48,338 nt of DNA from Candidatus Woesearchaeota archaeon (GCA_047639395.1 JBLINR010000001.1:1-48338), one strand, 5' to 3'. Shown: positions 8,229 to 16,715, counted from the stretch's first letter. Program-made: numbers and translations. The notes: a model not told the origin generated them from the sequence alone.

Positions 8229-9554
8229 TTATAATCGTTGCTCGTTTCCTTGCTTCTTTAACATGAACCACTTCATTGGTTGACCAGTAAGTGATTTGTA
8301 GATGCCGATGTTGATGTAGTAGATAACTACAAGGCCAATACTTAATGAGCTTATCATAAGCTTTCCAAAATCTTTTAAGTTATTCTTTGCAATATATGCG
8401 CCTGCAAATGATGCTGCAAGTAATCCGCATGTTAGCAAAACATTACGTACTGTTTCATAAATAAATAAAGACCATTGAATTGGTTGTGGCGGATGTGTAG
8501 CCACACTTAAAAATCCAAAGATTGTCATAAAAAAGATAAGCGATGTCATTAAGTATCCGCTTGAAAAAATAACAATCATGTTTTTCACTTTAAGTGGTAT
8601 TTTTCGTGAAAAGAACAATGATGGCCCATGTGTTGTTAGTGCTTTAATTACACCGTAAGCCCAACGCATTTGCTGTTTAAACAGATCTTTTGCTCGTTGA
8701 GGTACTTCGCACTCACATTCTAAATTAGGAAGGTACTTGATTGATTTACCCGCCTTTACGAGTCGCATTGTATAATCGATATCCTCAGTTAATGTTCCTG
8801 ATGTCCATCCGCCTAAGTCTTTAAGTGTTTTAACTTCAACTGCTTCTGCAGATCCACAAAAGTTAATTGTTGGACTGATTCTTTGAACAAATGGTAAAAT
8901 GATTCTATGAAATGTATTTACGATTCCTGTCCCTTGGGCAGTTACCATATTAACTCTTGGATTAAATACTTTCCAACGCGCCTGTGCACCACCTAATGTT
9001 GGGTCGTGCACGAAGGCACTCATAATATGACGTAAAAATGATGATGTTGGTAAAAAGTCAGAGTCAAAGATAACTATATAGTCAGTATCTGTAACTTTTA
9101 ACATATGATTCAAATTACCTGGTTTAAATCCAATATTTTTTCCTCGGCGCGTTACACGAATTTGTTTGTGTGCTTTTGCAAACGAATCAATCTTAGCCGA
9201 AATTTCTTTTTGATTACTATCGTCTCCAATAATAATGTTAAACTTCTCTGAGGGATAATCAAAATCAAGACATCTTCTTGCACAGTTTAATGCTGCAAGT
9301 TCATTATATGTTGGAATTTGAATTGTTACTGTTGGTAATTTACTGTTATCTGTAACAATGTGATCTTTTTGCTCTTTAACTCGAAAAATGACATATAATG
9401 AAATAACAAAGTAGAGAACTGACCCTAAAAGTGTAATAATAAGAAGGACATCAAATATGTTTGAGAAGCCAATGTGAAAGTAATCCAAAACTGTTCTGCC
9501 GTAATTGACATATATAGTTCGAATCGCGTCTATTGCTGGTTGAATAGTTACCAT
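8229..9554 (-). CDS. Processive family-2 glycosyltransferase (cellulose/chitin/PNAG-synthase-like)
   Basis: D,D,D,QxxRW pattern: IIGDDSN, IFDSDF, TEDIDYT, QQMRWAYG. One N-terminal TM and about 4 C-terminal TM helices. Confidence 0.8.
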   Translation of the reverse strand: MVTIQPAIDAIRTIYVNYGRTVLDYFHIGFSNIFDVLLIITLLGSVLYFVISLYVIFRVKEQKDHIVTDNSKLPTVTIQIPTYNELAALNCARRCLDFDYPSEKFNIIIGDDSNQKEISAKIDSFAKAHKQIRVTRRGKNIGFKPGNLNHMLKVTDTDYIVIFDSDFLPTSSFLRHIMSAFVHDPTLGGAQARWKVFNPRVNMVTAQGTGIVNTFHRIILPFVQRISPTINFCGSAEAVEVKTLKDLGGWTSGTLTEDIDYTMRLVKAGKSIKYLPNLECECEVPQRAKDLFKQQMRWAYGVIKALTTHGPSLFFSRKIPLKVKNMIVIFSSGYLMTSLIFFMTIFGFLSVATHPPQPIQWSLFIYETVRNVLLTCGLLAASFAGAYIAKNNLKDFGKLMISSLSIGLVVIYYINIGIYKSLTGQPMKWFMLKKQGNEQRL

Positions 9555-9556
9555 TG

Positions 9557-10786
9557 TTATTTAATGAAGTATTTTTTATTATTTTTAAGTACACTAACAA
9601 TGACAATACCGGCCAAAATTAATGTGTATGGAAAGTAAAAAACAATCCCGATAATAGTCTTAAAGTTAATTCTTGCTTTATAAAGTTTTAGTGCATATGC
9701 TATGAGTGTAACACTGATAAATCCTGATAGGACTCCAAATATATTTGTATAATTCACGCCCCATTCTGGAATTTTGTATAAAACATACACTGGTCCCCAA
9801 AGGGAAAACCATCGAACAAGGTATAAAATAGACTCAATACCGCCAGGCCACCAAAAATGAACCTGATATATAATAAGAGGGATAGAAAGAAACGCATACA
9901 GTGTCCACCAGTATTGATTCACAAAGACAAATTTAATTGCAATATTTGATTGATGAGTAAATAACTGCTTATGTTTCTTTAACCCTTGTAATCCGCCTAC
10001 CCACCATCGTCTTCGTTGTTGAAACAATGCGTAAATAGATGTAGGCACAACTGTATATCCAATAGCATCAGGAACATTAATTGTTTTATATCCTGCTCCT
10101 TGAATTGCAAGTGCAATATCCATGTCTTCAGCAAGTGTGTCTTTACTAAAATGTGCAACTTTTTCTAATGCTTCTTTTCTATATGCTGTTACACTTCCAA
10201 AAAGCCAAATTCCCGTTTTGAATGTTTTAGAAAATATATATCTGATCAAATTATTGTAGTAATATTCAACTTCTTGAAACCAAGTAATAACATGTGTTGC
10301 ATTTCGTACATGTGGCATACCACTTACTGCACCTACTGTTTTATCTGCGAAGGGCCGAACAATTGCTGTAATAAATTCTCGCTCTACAACCGTGTCTGCA
10401 TCAATGTTTACAACAATCTCTTCTTTTGCGTGTTGTATTCCTAAGTTTAAACTATCAGTTTTTCCTTTATGTTTTCCTTTTACAAGAATGATGTTAGGAT
10501 ATAGTTTTTGCAATGTGTGAATTTGTTTAATTGTGCCATCAGTAGACCCATCATCAACAATAATGATATCTAATTGTTCGTATTGAGTATTAATGATACT
10601 TTCAATACAACTTACAATGTTTTTTTCTTCATTATATGCAGGGATAACAACCGAAACTGGTGGCTTGTGATTTTTGGTATAAGGATTTTTGAAAAAAAGT
10701 GATGTAATAAGCATTCCAAGCTGAAATACTAAAAATGCAAAGAGAATAAAAAAGACGACAGTTCCAAATTGCATAATGATATTCAT
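9557..10786 (-). CDS. Processive family-2 glycosyltransferase (PgaC/IcaA/NodC-like)
   Basis: VIPAYNEE, VDDGSTDGT, IDADT, AEDMD, QQRRRWWVGG (QxxRW). TM helices at both ends. Confidence 0.8.
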   Translation of the reverse strand: MNIIMQFGTVVFFILFAFLVFQLGMLITSLFFKNPYTKNHKPPVSVVIPAYNEEKNIVSCIESIINTQYEQLDIIIVDDGSTDGTIKQIHTLQKLYPNIILVKGKHKGKTDSLNLGIQHAKEEIVVNIDADTVVEREFITAIVRPFADKTVGAVSGMPHVRNATHVITWFQEVEYYYNNLIRYIFSKTFKTGIWLFGSVTAYRKEALEKVAHFSKDTLAEDMDIALAIQGAGYKTINVPDAIGYTVVPTSIYALFQQRRRWWVGGLQGLKKHKQLFTHQSNIAIKFVFVNQYWWTLYAFLSIPLIIYQVHFWWPGGIESILYLVRWFSLWGPVYVLYKIPEWGVNYTNIFGVLSGFISVTLIAYALKLYKARINFKTIIGIVFYFPYTLILAGIVIVSVLKNNKKYFIK

Positions 10787-10817
10787 GAAGAGTATGTGTA
10801 AAAGTCACTTTAAAAGC

Positions 10818-11249
10818 TTATTGTTGACTTTGTTTGAATAACGAATCAACACTTTTGTTTATTTGATCAGCAGGGCAGACTTGTGAGTGTAGATGCGGCT
10901 TAATAGACCATTTATTTCCTGTTTTTGTAATGAGAAATATGATAGTAACTTGATTTTTGTTATATGTTGCCCAGTGTTCTTTGAGAATTTTAACATTTTG
11001 CAGGATATTTTCACAAATACATACACCTGAAAAGTCTGCAGGCAACTCTTTTTGAATAATTCCTGCCATTTGTTTCTTTTTGAACCAAAACGAATCGTCT
11101 TTTTTAACTAAGGTGTCTTTAAGTCGCATAGCATGCTGTTTTAAGAGAAATTCACCTAGTTCCTCAAAATGTGTCATAGGCAATTTGTACCCAGATCTTT
11201 TTAAAAACTTTTTTATAGAGTCACGCGATTCTTTTTTATATATGAACAT
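10818..11249 (-). CDS. Hypothetical protein
   Basis: The ORF track starts at a GTG (11264). The first ATG is at 11249 (MFIYKKESRD...). No recognisable motif. Confidence 0.35.
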   Translation of the reverse strand: MFIYKKESRDSIKKFLKRSGYKLPMTHFEELGEFLLKQHAMRLKDTLVKKDDSFWFKKKQMAGIIQKELPADFSGVCICENILQNVKILKEHWATYNKNQVTIIFLITKTGNKWSIKPHLHSQVCPADQINKSVDSLFKQSQQ

Positions 11250-12324
11250 AAGTTCGGTTGACACCTACTATCTTGTAAAAGAATTACATGCTGCATTAGA
11301 ATCAAGTCGCGTTGATCAAATATATCAGTATGATGTAGATGAATTTCTTATTCGTTTTCATAAACCAGGCGCAGGAAAAGTTGAATTATACATTCGTGTA
11401 CCTCAAGCTATCTATATGATTAGCAAAAGACCAACTTCTGCTGAGAAACCGCAACATTTTCAAGCATATTTGCGTAAAACCATCAAAGGTATGATTGTTT
11501 CAAGTATAACTCAGCTTGGATTCAATAGAGTTATTTCAATCAACTTACAAATTAAAGATGTAAAACTCTCACTTATTATGGAACTTTTTGACAAAGGTGC
11601 ATTATTTGTAGCAAAAGCAGTTGATGATAAGTATGAAATTGTTCTTCCAAATAAAGTACAACGATGGGCAAATCGTACTATCCAAAAAGGAAGCATCTAT
11701 ACTATTCCTGAGTCTCCATTTCCGCAAGATGTGAATATAGCGGACATTTTTGAAAAAGAAAAAAACACAATAATCTCTAAATGTCTCGCAACAGCATTCG
11801 GATTAGGTGGATTTTATGCAAAAATTGTCTGTTCTCGATTAGGATATGATCCTTCAACACCAGTAAATGCTGTTGACGCTAAGAAACTACAAAAAGAATT
11901 ACAAGCATTATTCTCACATCCAATTGCAGCACATTTACTATCTGATAGAGTTGTTTCATTTAATATCGATGGGAGTGAACCTATTCCAACATTAAGTGCA
12001 GGATATGACGCATTACTAACAGAAGGGATAGTTTCACGTACGCAATTAGCAAAACAATCTGTACATGATAAAAAAATTGCAAAGTTACAAGCAATCGTTG
12101 ACACACAAACTGGAAGTGTACAGAAATTAAAAGATAATATTATTGCGTATCGTGAACTAGGTGAAGCAATTTATGCAAATCAGCATATATTAGAACCTAT
12201 TATTGGAACATTCCGCGAAGAAAAGAAAAAACATCCTGATAAAGAATTACAAAAAAAACTCTCTGACCTAAACATTGATTCTTACGACGCAAAAGAGAAA
12301 ACAATTGCGGTGACACTCAAATGA
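11242..12324 (+). CDS. NFACT-N domain protein (RqcH/Tae2/FbpA-like), short form lacking the NFACT-R part
   Basis: From ATG 11242: MNISSVDTYYLVKELHAALESSRVDQIYQYDVDEFLIRFHKPG...HFQAYLRKTIKGMIVSSITQLGFNRVISINL matches the NFACT-N pattern, followed by a coiled-coil-like C-terminus. Only ~360 aa. Confidence 0.6.
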   Translation: MNISSVDTYYLVKELHAALESSRVDQIYQYDVDEFLIRFHKPGAGKVELYIRVPQAIYMISKRPTSAEKPQHFQAYLRKTIKGMIVSSITQLGFNRVISINLQIKDVKLSLIMELFDKGALFVAKAVDDKYEIVLPNKVQRWANRTIQKGSIYTIPESPFPQDVNIADIFEKEKNTIISKCLATAFGLGGFYAKIVCSRLGYDPSTPVNAVDAKKLQKELQALFSHPIAAHLLSDRVVSFNIDGSEPIPTLSAGYDALLTEGIVSRTQLAKQSVHDKKIAKLQAIVDTQTGSVQKLKDNIIAYRELGEAIYANQHILEPIIGTFREEKKKHPDKELQKKLSDLNIDSYDAKEKTIAVTLK

Positions 12325-13169
12325 GAAAAGAGTTTCTAAAGCGGTATGAGAAATGGGGATACCCACAACAAACGACTACTACATTACCACGCGTAGTTCG
12401 AGTAAACACGCTTGTTGCGACAAAAGCAACTGTCTTAAAAAACAGCGACATGAAATTAAAAGCAATTTCGTTTTTACCTAATGGATTTGTTGCTACGTCT
12501 AAAAATAATATTGTTAGTTCTCCCGCATATTTGTATGGGCAAATCTATGTTCAAGAAGCAGCATCACAACTTCCTGCGCTTGTCCTAAATCCAAAAAAAA
12601 CAGATTCGGTTCTAGATATGTGTGCAGCACCTGGAAGTAAAACAACACAACTAGCTGCTCTTATGGAAAACGAAGGCACGTTAATTGCACTTGATTTACG
12701 AGCAAAACGACTAGAGAAATTATGTTTTAATTTAGAACGATGTGGTGTACAAAATACAACTGTTATCAAAAAAGATGCAGAGTATATTGAAGATTTTGAC
12801 GTATTGTTTGATAAGATACTATTAGACGCTCCTTGTTCTGGAAACTTTGCAGCTGATGCGAACTGGTTTGAAAAAAGACAACTTTCTGACGTGAAAACAA
12901 ACACAGAAACACAAAAAAAATTAATAGAAGCTGCAATCGAAGTATTAAAGCCAGGAGGAGTTCTGGTTTATTCAACATGTTCTTTAGAGATTGAAGAAAA
13001 CGAAGAAATTGTTGAATATGCATTAGAAAAATTCCCTGTTTCCTTACAAAAAATTGATATTTCTATAGGCGCTACAGGACTTACTGAGAAAACAAAGCTC
13101 TGTAAACGATTATGGCCTACTCAGCATAAAACGCAAGGGTTCTTTATTGCAAAATTTGTGAAAGAATAG
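12321..13169 (+). CDS. NOL1/NOP2/Sun-family RNA cytosine-C5 methyltransferase
   Basis: DMCAAPGSKTTQLA (SAM motif I), DAPCSGNF (motif IV Cys) and YSTCSLEIEENEE (motif VI Cys). The start overlaps the upstream stop (ATGA). Confidence 0.85.
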   Translation: MRKEFLKRYEKWGYPQQTTTTLPRVVRVNTLVATKATVLKNSDMKLKAISFLPNGFVATSKNNIVSSPAYLYGQIYVQEAASQLPALVLNPKKTDSVLDMCAAPGSKTTQLAALMENEGTLIALDLRAKRLEKLCFNLERCGVQNTTVIKKDAEYIEDFDVLFDKILLDAPCSGNFAADANWFEKRQLSDVKTNTETQKKLIEAAIEVLKPGGVLVYSTCSLEIEENEEIVEYALEKFPVSLQKIDISIGATGLTEKTKLCKRLWPTQHKTQGFFIAKFVKE

Positions 13170-13216
13170 TTTCTGTTCACATAACTTTTATATACCTCCT
13201 CTCCTGATTTTTAATT

Positions 13217-13960
13217 ATGAAATTAATTATTCTCGCAGCTGGTTATGCAACTCGCCTTTATCCGTTAACAAAAGATAGACCTAAGCCACTTTTGAGTGTT
13301 GCAGGTATGCCAATGATTGAACATGTGCTTGAAGCTGTTAATCATGTTGCTATTGACGACATTTATGTTGTAACAAACGAAAAATTTCATACTCACTTTG
13401 AAAAATGGGCTCAAGATTTCAAAAAGTCACCTGCTCCAATCACTATTGTTAATGATGGAACTATATCAAACGAAGATCGATTAGGTGCGATTGGTGATAC
13501 ACAACTTGTTATTGAAAAATTCTCAATCACAGACAACATTCTTGTTATCGCAGGTGATAATCTACTAAGTCAATCTTTAGAAAATTTCCATACATTCTGC
13601 CAAGAACATACTGGGCCAGTTGTTGGTGCATATGACGTTGGTACGCTTGAACTAGCTAAACAATTTGGTGTTTTAGAGTTAGACTCTGATAAACGAATTG
13701 TTGAGTTTGTTGAAAAACCAGAAGTGCCAAAATCTTCACATATTGCTGTTGCAATTTATTATTATCCTAAAGCAAATGTTCCATTAATTAAACACTATTT
13801 GAGTGAAGGAAATGATCACGACAAACCAGGAAGTTTGGTTGAATGGATGTATAAAAAAGTTCCATTCTATGCGTGTGAAATTTATGGAGAATGGTACGAT
13901 ATTGGTACTCACTCTGCTTTAGAAGAAGCAAATCAAGTATTTTCTGCAAAAAAAGAGTAA
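13217..13960 (+). CDS. Sugar-phosphate nucleotidyltransferase (NTP_transferase family)
   Basis: MKLIILAAGYATRLYPLTKDRPKPLL (G-x-G-x-R-L signature). TATA 13186..13194 lies 23 nt upstream. Confidence 0.8.
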   Translation: MKLIILAAGYATRLYPLTKDRPKPLLSVAGMPMIEHVLEAVNHVAIDDIYVVTNEKFHTHFEKWAQDFKKSPAPITIVNDGTISNEDRLGAIGDTQLVIEKFSITDNILVIAGDNLLSQSLENFHTFCQEHTGPVVGAYDVGTLELAKQFGVLELDSDKRIVEFVEKPEVPKSSHIAVAIYYYPKANVPLIKHYLSEGNDHDKPGSLVEWMYKKVPFYACEIYGEWYDIGTHSALEEANQVFSAKKE

Positions 13961-13979
13961 CTACATTCTAACGGTAAAC

Positions 13980-13987
13980 TTTATAAA
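13980..13987 (+). promoter_or_regulatory. BRE/TATA promoter (AAACTTTATAAA) of rpl34e
   Basis: TTTATAAA ends 23 nt upstream of ATG 14010. Confidence 0.55.
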
Positions 13988-14009
13988 CTGCCCGCAGTTC
14001 CCTCAAAGT

Positions 14010-14273
14010 ATGGTATCAGGAAAAACTAAAAATCATACTTTTCGAAAGATTTTCGTTCGAACACCAGGTGGACGTGTCACTATTCATAGACGATTACGAA
14101 AACCTAGTCGAGCAACATGCCCCGCTACTGGTGAAAAATTACAGGGCGTACAAGCATTGAGACCTGGAAAAATTGGAGCAAAATCTACACGTCGACCTAG
14201 TCGAGCGTTCGGAGGAGCTTTAAGTAGTAAAGCATCACGACAAATCCTTGTGGATGTAGCACGTTCATTATAA
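14010..14273 (+). CDS. rpl34e: Ribosomal protein L34e
   Basis: VRTPGGRVTIHRRLRKPSRATCPATGEKLQGV matches the L34e pattern. Confidence 0.85.
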   Translation: MVSGKTKNHTFRKIFVRTPGGRVTIHRRLRKPSRATCPATGEKLQGVQALRPGKIGAKSTRRPSRAFGGALSSKASRQILVDVARSL

Positions 14274-14274
14274 G

Positions 14275-14350
14275 GAATACCTCGTATTACAATTGGCTGA
14301 ACTGATTGCGGCGACGCATCACGGACACTGTAACACAGAGGCAGGTATTT
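14275..14350 (+). other. Structured spacer between rpl34e and rpl14e (candidate leader or processing element)
   Basis: Outer helix GAATACCT (14275..14282) / AGGTATTT (14343..14350). Inner hairpin 14304..14320 has a GCGA (GNRA) tetraloop. Second hairpin CTGT-AAC-ACAG at 14328..14338. No TATA lies before rpl14e. Confidence 0.3.
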
Positions 14351-14365
14351 CTGGAGTAATTAAAA

Positions 14366-14773
14366 ATGTTTGAAGTAGGAAGACTATGTTTAAAGATCGC
14401 AGGACGCGATTCAAATAAATTTTGTGTAATTGTTGAGGAACTCGAAGATAGATATGTTCTTGTTGATGGGCAAACACGAAGAAAGAAAGTTAACATCGCA
14501 CATATCGAACCTACGCAAACGGTTTTAGATATTAAAGCAAAAGCATCTCACGAAGACATTGTTGCAATTCTTGCAAAAGAAGACATTGTTGTTGAAAAAC
14601 GTGGCGCTGTTAAAGTTGCAAAAGCTAGATTAGTAAAGCAAAAAGCTTCAAAAGTTAAACCTGAAGACAAAAAGCCTGCTAAACCTGCAAAAAAAGCTGA
14701 ACCTAAAAAGGTAGAAGCTACAAAAGTTGAAGCTCCGGCAAAACCTGCTGAAGCGAAAGCTGATAAAAAATAA
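14366..14773 (+). CDS. rpl14e: Ribosomal protein L14e with a Lys/Ala/Pro-rich C-terminal extension
   Basis: MFEVGRLCLKIAGRDSNKFCVIVEELEDRYVLVDG...RRKKVNIAHIEPT matches L14e. Tail: KPEDKKPAKPAKKAEPKKVEATKVEAPAKPAEAKADKK. Confidence 0.85.
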   Translation: MFEVGRLCLKIAGRDSNKFCVIVEELEDRYVLVDGQTRRKKVNIAHIEPTQTVLDIKAKASHEDIVAILAKEDIVVEKRGAVKVAKARLVKQKASKVKPEDKKPAKPAKKAEPKKVEATKVEAPAKPAEAKADKK

Positions 14774-14784
14774 TTCTTACTTTT

Positions 14785-14809
14785 AGACGATTTTCGTCTT
14801 CTTTTTCTT
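14785..14809 (+). terminator. Hairpin plus T-rich tract after rpl14e
   Basis: AGACG-ATTTT-CGTCT followed by TCTTTTTCTT. Confidence 0.45.
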
Positions 14810-14836
14810 ATTACAATAATATATTCTAAATAATCA

Positions 14837-14993
14837 GTATACTGTGCCTTGAAGTAACATCAGGAAAATGGCTGATTACTTGTTGATCATAGGGATCCAC
14901 AAGTCCGTCGAAGTTCTTCGAACTTCAAGGTATGCAAGTCGTTTGACGTTAGTACTGCGATCAACGGAGCAGTATGTCTTCGCACAGTAATAC
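14837..14993 (+). ncRNA. Unclassified structured RNA, copy A (157 nt, carries a 56-nt insertion relative to copy B)
   Basis: Closing helix GTATACTGTGC / GCACAGTA(A)TAC. Hairpins ATCAG-GAAAATGG-CTGAT, CAAG-TCG-TTTG and TACTGC-GATCAACGGA-GCAGTA. Homologous to the reverse complement of 17742..17845, with compensatory changes. Confidence 0.45.
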
Positions 14994-15026
14994 GTTCTAG
15001 TTCTTAAGAATAAGTCCATAAGCCCA

Positions 15027-15039
15027 ATATATTTAAAAA
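15027..15039 (+). promoter_or_regulatory. TATA element upstream of the SRP RNA
   Basis: ATATATTTAAAAA ends 23 nt upstream of the first base of the SRP RNA closing helix (15062). Confidence 0.5.
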
Positions 15040-15061
15040 GCCATTCGTATTTCTATTTATT

Positions 15062-15330
15062 GCAGACTAGGTCCGGGGGTTAGTCCCCCCCGATAACCGC
15101 AAGCGGGCGATATGGCGGTACCGAAATCCTTTGGTGTTTGTATGTGCATTGTGTAAGTCCTTATGGATGCTGTTAACACTTTGTCCTAATTGATCGATAA
15201 CGTGTCGAACCGAGTCAGGTGGGGAACCAAGCAGCTCTAAGATTGTTTGTTGGTGTTTTTAGGGTTGCAAAGCCGAGGCCTTGTGAGGGTAACTTTACAA
15301 TGTGTGTGCGGGCTACGAAGGGCCGTCTGC
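15062..15330 (+). ncRNA. Signal recognition particle RNA (7S/SRP RNA)
   Basis: Helix-8 core GTCAGG-TGG-GGAA-CCA-AGCAGC (15214..15236) matches the universal GUCAGG-UCC-GGAA-GGA-AGCAGC motif, with the 3-bp apical stem covaried and the GGAA tetraloop kept. 5'/3' closing helix GCAGAC (15062..15067) / GTCTGC (15325..15330). GC-rich, followed by T7. Confidence 0.8.
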
Positions 15331-15337
15331 TTTTTTT
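15331..15337 (+). terminator. Oligo-T terminator of the SRP RNA
   Basis: TTTTTTT lies directly after the closing helix. Confidence 0.55.
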
Positions 15338-15349
15338 ATTTCTTTAGAA

Positions 15350-15893
15350 TTAATTTGTATTTGTTTTTAACCACGCGTTATCTGTTCCTAACAACTGTTG
15401 AATCCGCTTTTTTGTCCGTGACAATTCGAAGTCTGCATTCAACCATCTGTCTTGAAGTCCTCTTTGTAATGCGAGAAGATTCCGATCTACTAAATTTGTA
15501 AGGTTTCTTTCTCTGTAATCAGGATACACTTGTGCAACATACGCATTATATTTAATAACAAACAATGGTACGCTCTGTAAAACAGGAGCCAGTCTTGCAA
15601 CAGCATGTGTGAATAATAAATCAAAAGGATGCACACCTAATTCTTTTTTTGCATCTTTAATTCTTTGATGAGTGCCATCGCTAGGTGCTTGAACATCCGC
15701 AATAGTAAATGATTCTGATCCAAGAGGGTAGTATGTTAAACATGCAACTTTTTCCTCTTTCGAGTTAATGAGAACAAGTGCTTCATTTGATGATGTTTGA
15801 TGATTAAATGTATGTTGCCCAAAACCAAAAGAACTTAATTGTGAGCTATGAATTATTTTTTACTCTCCAACAGGCTGAATAAATCTCATACAT
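15350..15893 (-). pseudogene. Hypothetical protein gene interrupted by a +1 frameshift in an A6 run
   Basis: ATG 15893 opens MYEIYSACWRVKNNS-stop. The long frame (170 sense codons, 15350..15859) has no ATG/GTG/TTG until codon 76. The two frames join as ...CWRVKIIHSSQLSSFGFGQ... if one A of the A6 run (T-run 15856..15861 on the + strand) is removed. Confidence 0.5.
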
Positions 15894-16071
15894 CGATCTA
15901 TTCTTTTTTCTATAGTGGGAGCAGTTTTTGCACTAGCATATGCAAGTGGGCCTGTACAGTGTGTACGATACTTTGAAGCGTAATCAACTTTGTCCATTCA
16001 AAAAGAGGAGTTCGAACTGTAACTTAAACCTTTCGAGAACCATTATAAATGAATATGCTAAGAAAATACAC

Positions 16072-16593
16072 ATGCGTCACAAAAAACATCTCTTAGATAA
16101 GATGAAAGAAAAAGGCTGGGATTCTGATGAACTGTCGTATATGAACGCGGTTTTAGACCATAGTAAGAAATCAAAAAAACATAGAGTGCTTGACGCATTT
16201 ATACCCTGGTTTGTTTTTTCAGTTATGTTTTTATGTAATGTTGCAATAACATTAGTTTTTGTTCCATTATTTCTTGTGTTAACAAATTGGATTCTTTTTG
16301 TTATGTTAGCTTGTTTAGGATTCATATTCGGGCTTTTATTCAAAGTAATTCTTGATGACTTCCGAGCAAATCTTAACGCACATCATGAATATTTGATACT
16401 TATTATTATTCCGTTCATGTCACTTATCACAGCATACATTGTGCTAAATGCAACATTATTATACATTCCTACTTTGTTAGTTGAATTACGACATCCGCTA
16501 GGCATGGGATTTGTGTATGCGTTATTTTTCACTGCACCTGCACTTGCACAAGTGCTTCACAAATATAGAATTCGCCAGTATAGGGCGTACTAA
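16072..16593 (+). CDS. Membrane protein (4 predicted TM helices), unknown function
   Basis: Chosen start is ATG 16072 (MRHKKHLLDK...), which lies 22 nt after TATA-like CATTATAAAT (16041..16050). The track's longer N-terminus has no promoter support. Confidence 0.5.
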   Translation: MRHKKHLLDKMKEKGWDSDELSYMNAVLDHSKKSKKHRVLDAFIPWFVFSVMFLCNVAITLVFVPLFLVLTNWILFVMLACLGFIFGLLFKVILDDFRANLNAHHEYLILIIIPFMSLITAYIVLNATLLYIPTLLVELRHPLGMGFVYALFFTAPALAQVLHKYRIRQYRAY

Positions 16594-16596
16594 ATC

Positions 16597-16605
16597 TTTA
16601 TAAAA
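16597..16605 (+). promoter_or_regulatory. BRE/TATA promoter of tRNA-His
   Basis: TCTTTATAAAAG, with the TATA ending 30 nt upstream of the tRNA 5' end. Confidence 0.55.
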
Positions 16606-16634
16606 GCCGTCGCTTGCCCTTTCTCTAGTATTAT

Positions 16635-16707
16635 GTCAGATATAGTGTAGTGGCTAGCATAGGGGTCTGTGGAACCCCAGGTCTGGGTTCGATTCCCAGT
16701 ATTTGAC
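16635..16707 (+). tRNA. tRNA-His (anticodon GTG) with encoded G-1
   Basis: Acceptor TCAGATA/TATTTGA. Extra 5' G (16635) opposite discriminator C73 (16707). Anticodon arm GGGGT-CTGTGGA-ACCCC. T arm CTGGG-TTCGATT-CCCAG. Confidence 0.9.
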
Positions 16708-16715
16708 CTCTTTTT

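Noticed and set aside
14837-14993. Whether the paired structured RNAs are 5S rRNA, C/D-box, H/ACA, tRNA-like or RNase P RNA
   Set aside because: No 5S loop motifs. UGAUGA/CUGA-like strings are not adjacent to the terminal helix as C/D RNAs require. An ANA triplet follows the stem (AUA in A, ACA in B), but the interior has three hairpins rather than a pseudouridylation pocket with a K-turn. No T-loop or anticodon arm. No GAGGAAAGUCC-type RNase P core. The class is left open. A MITE remains an alternative.
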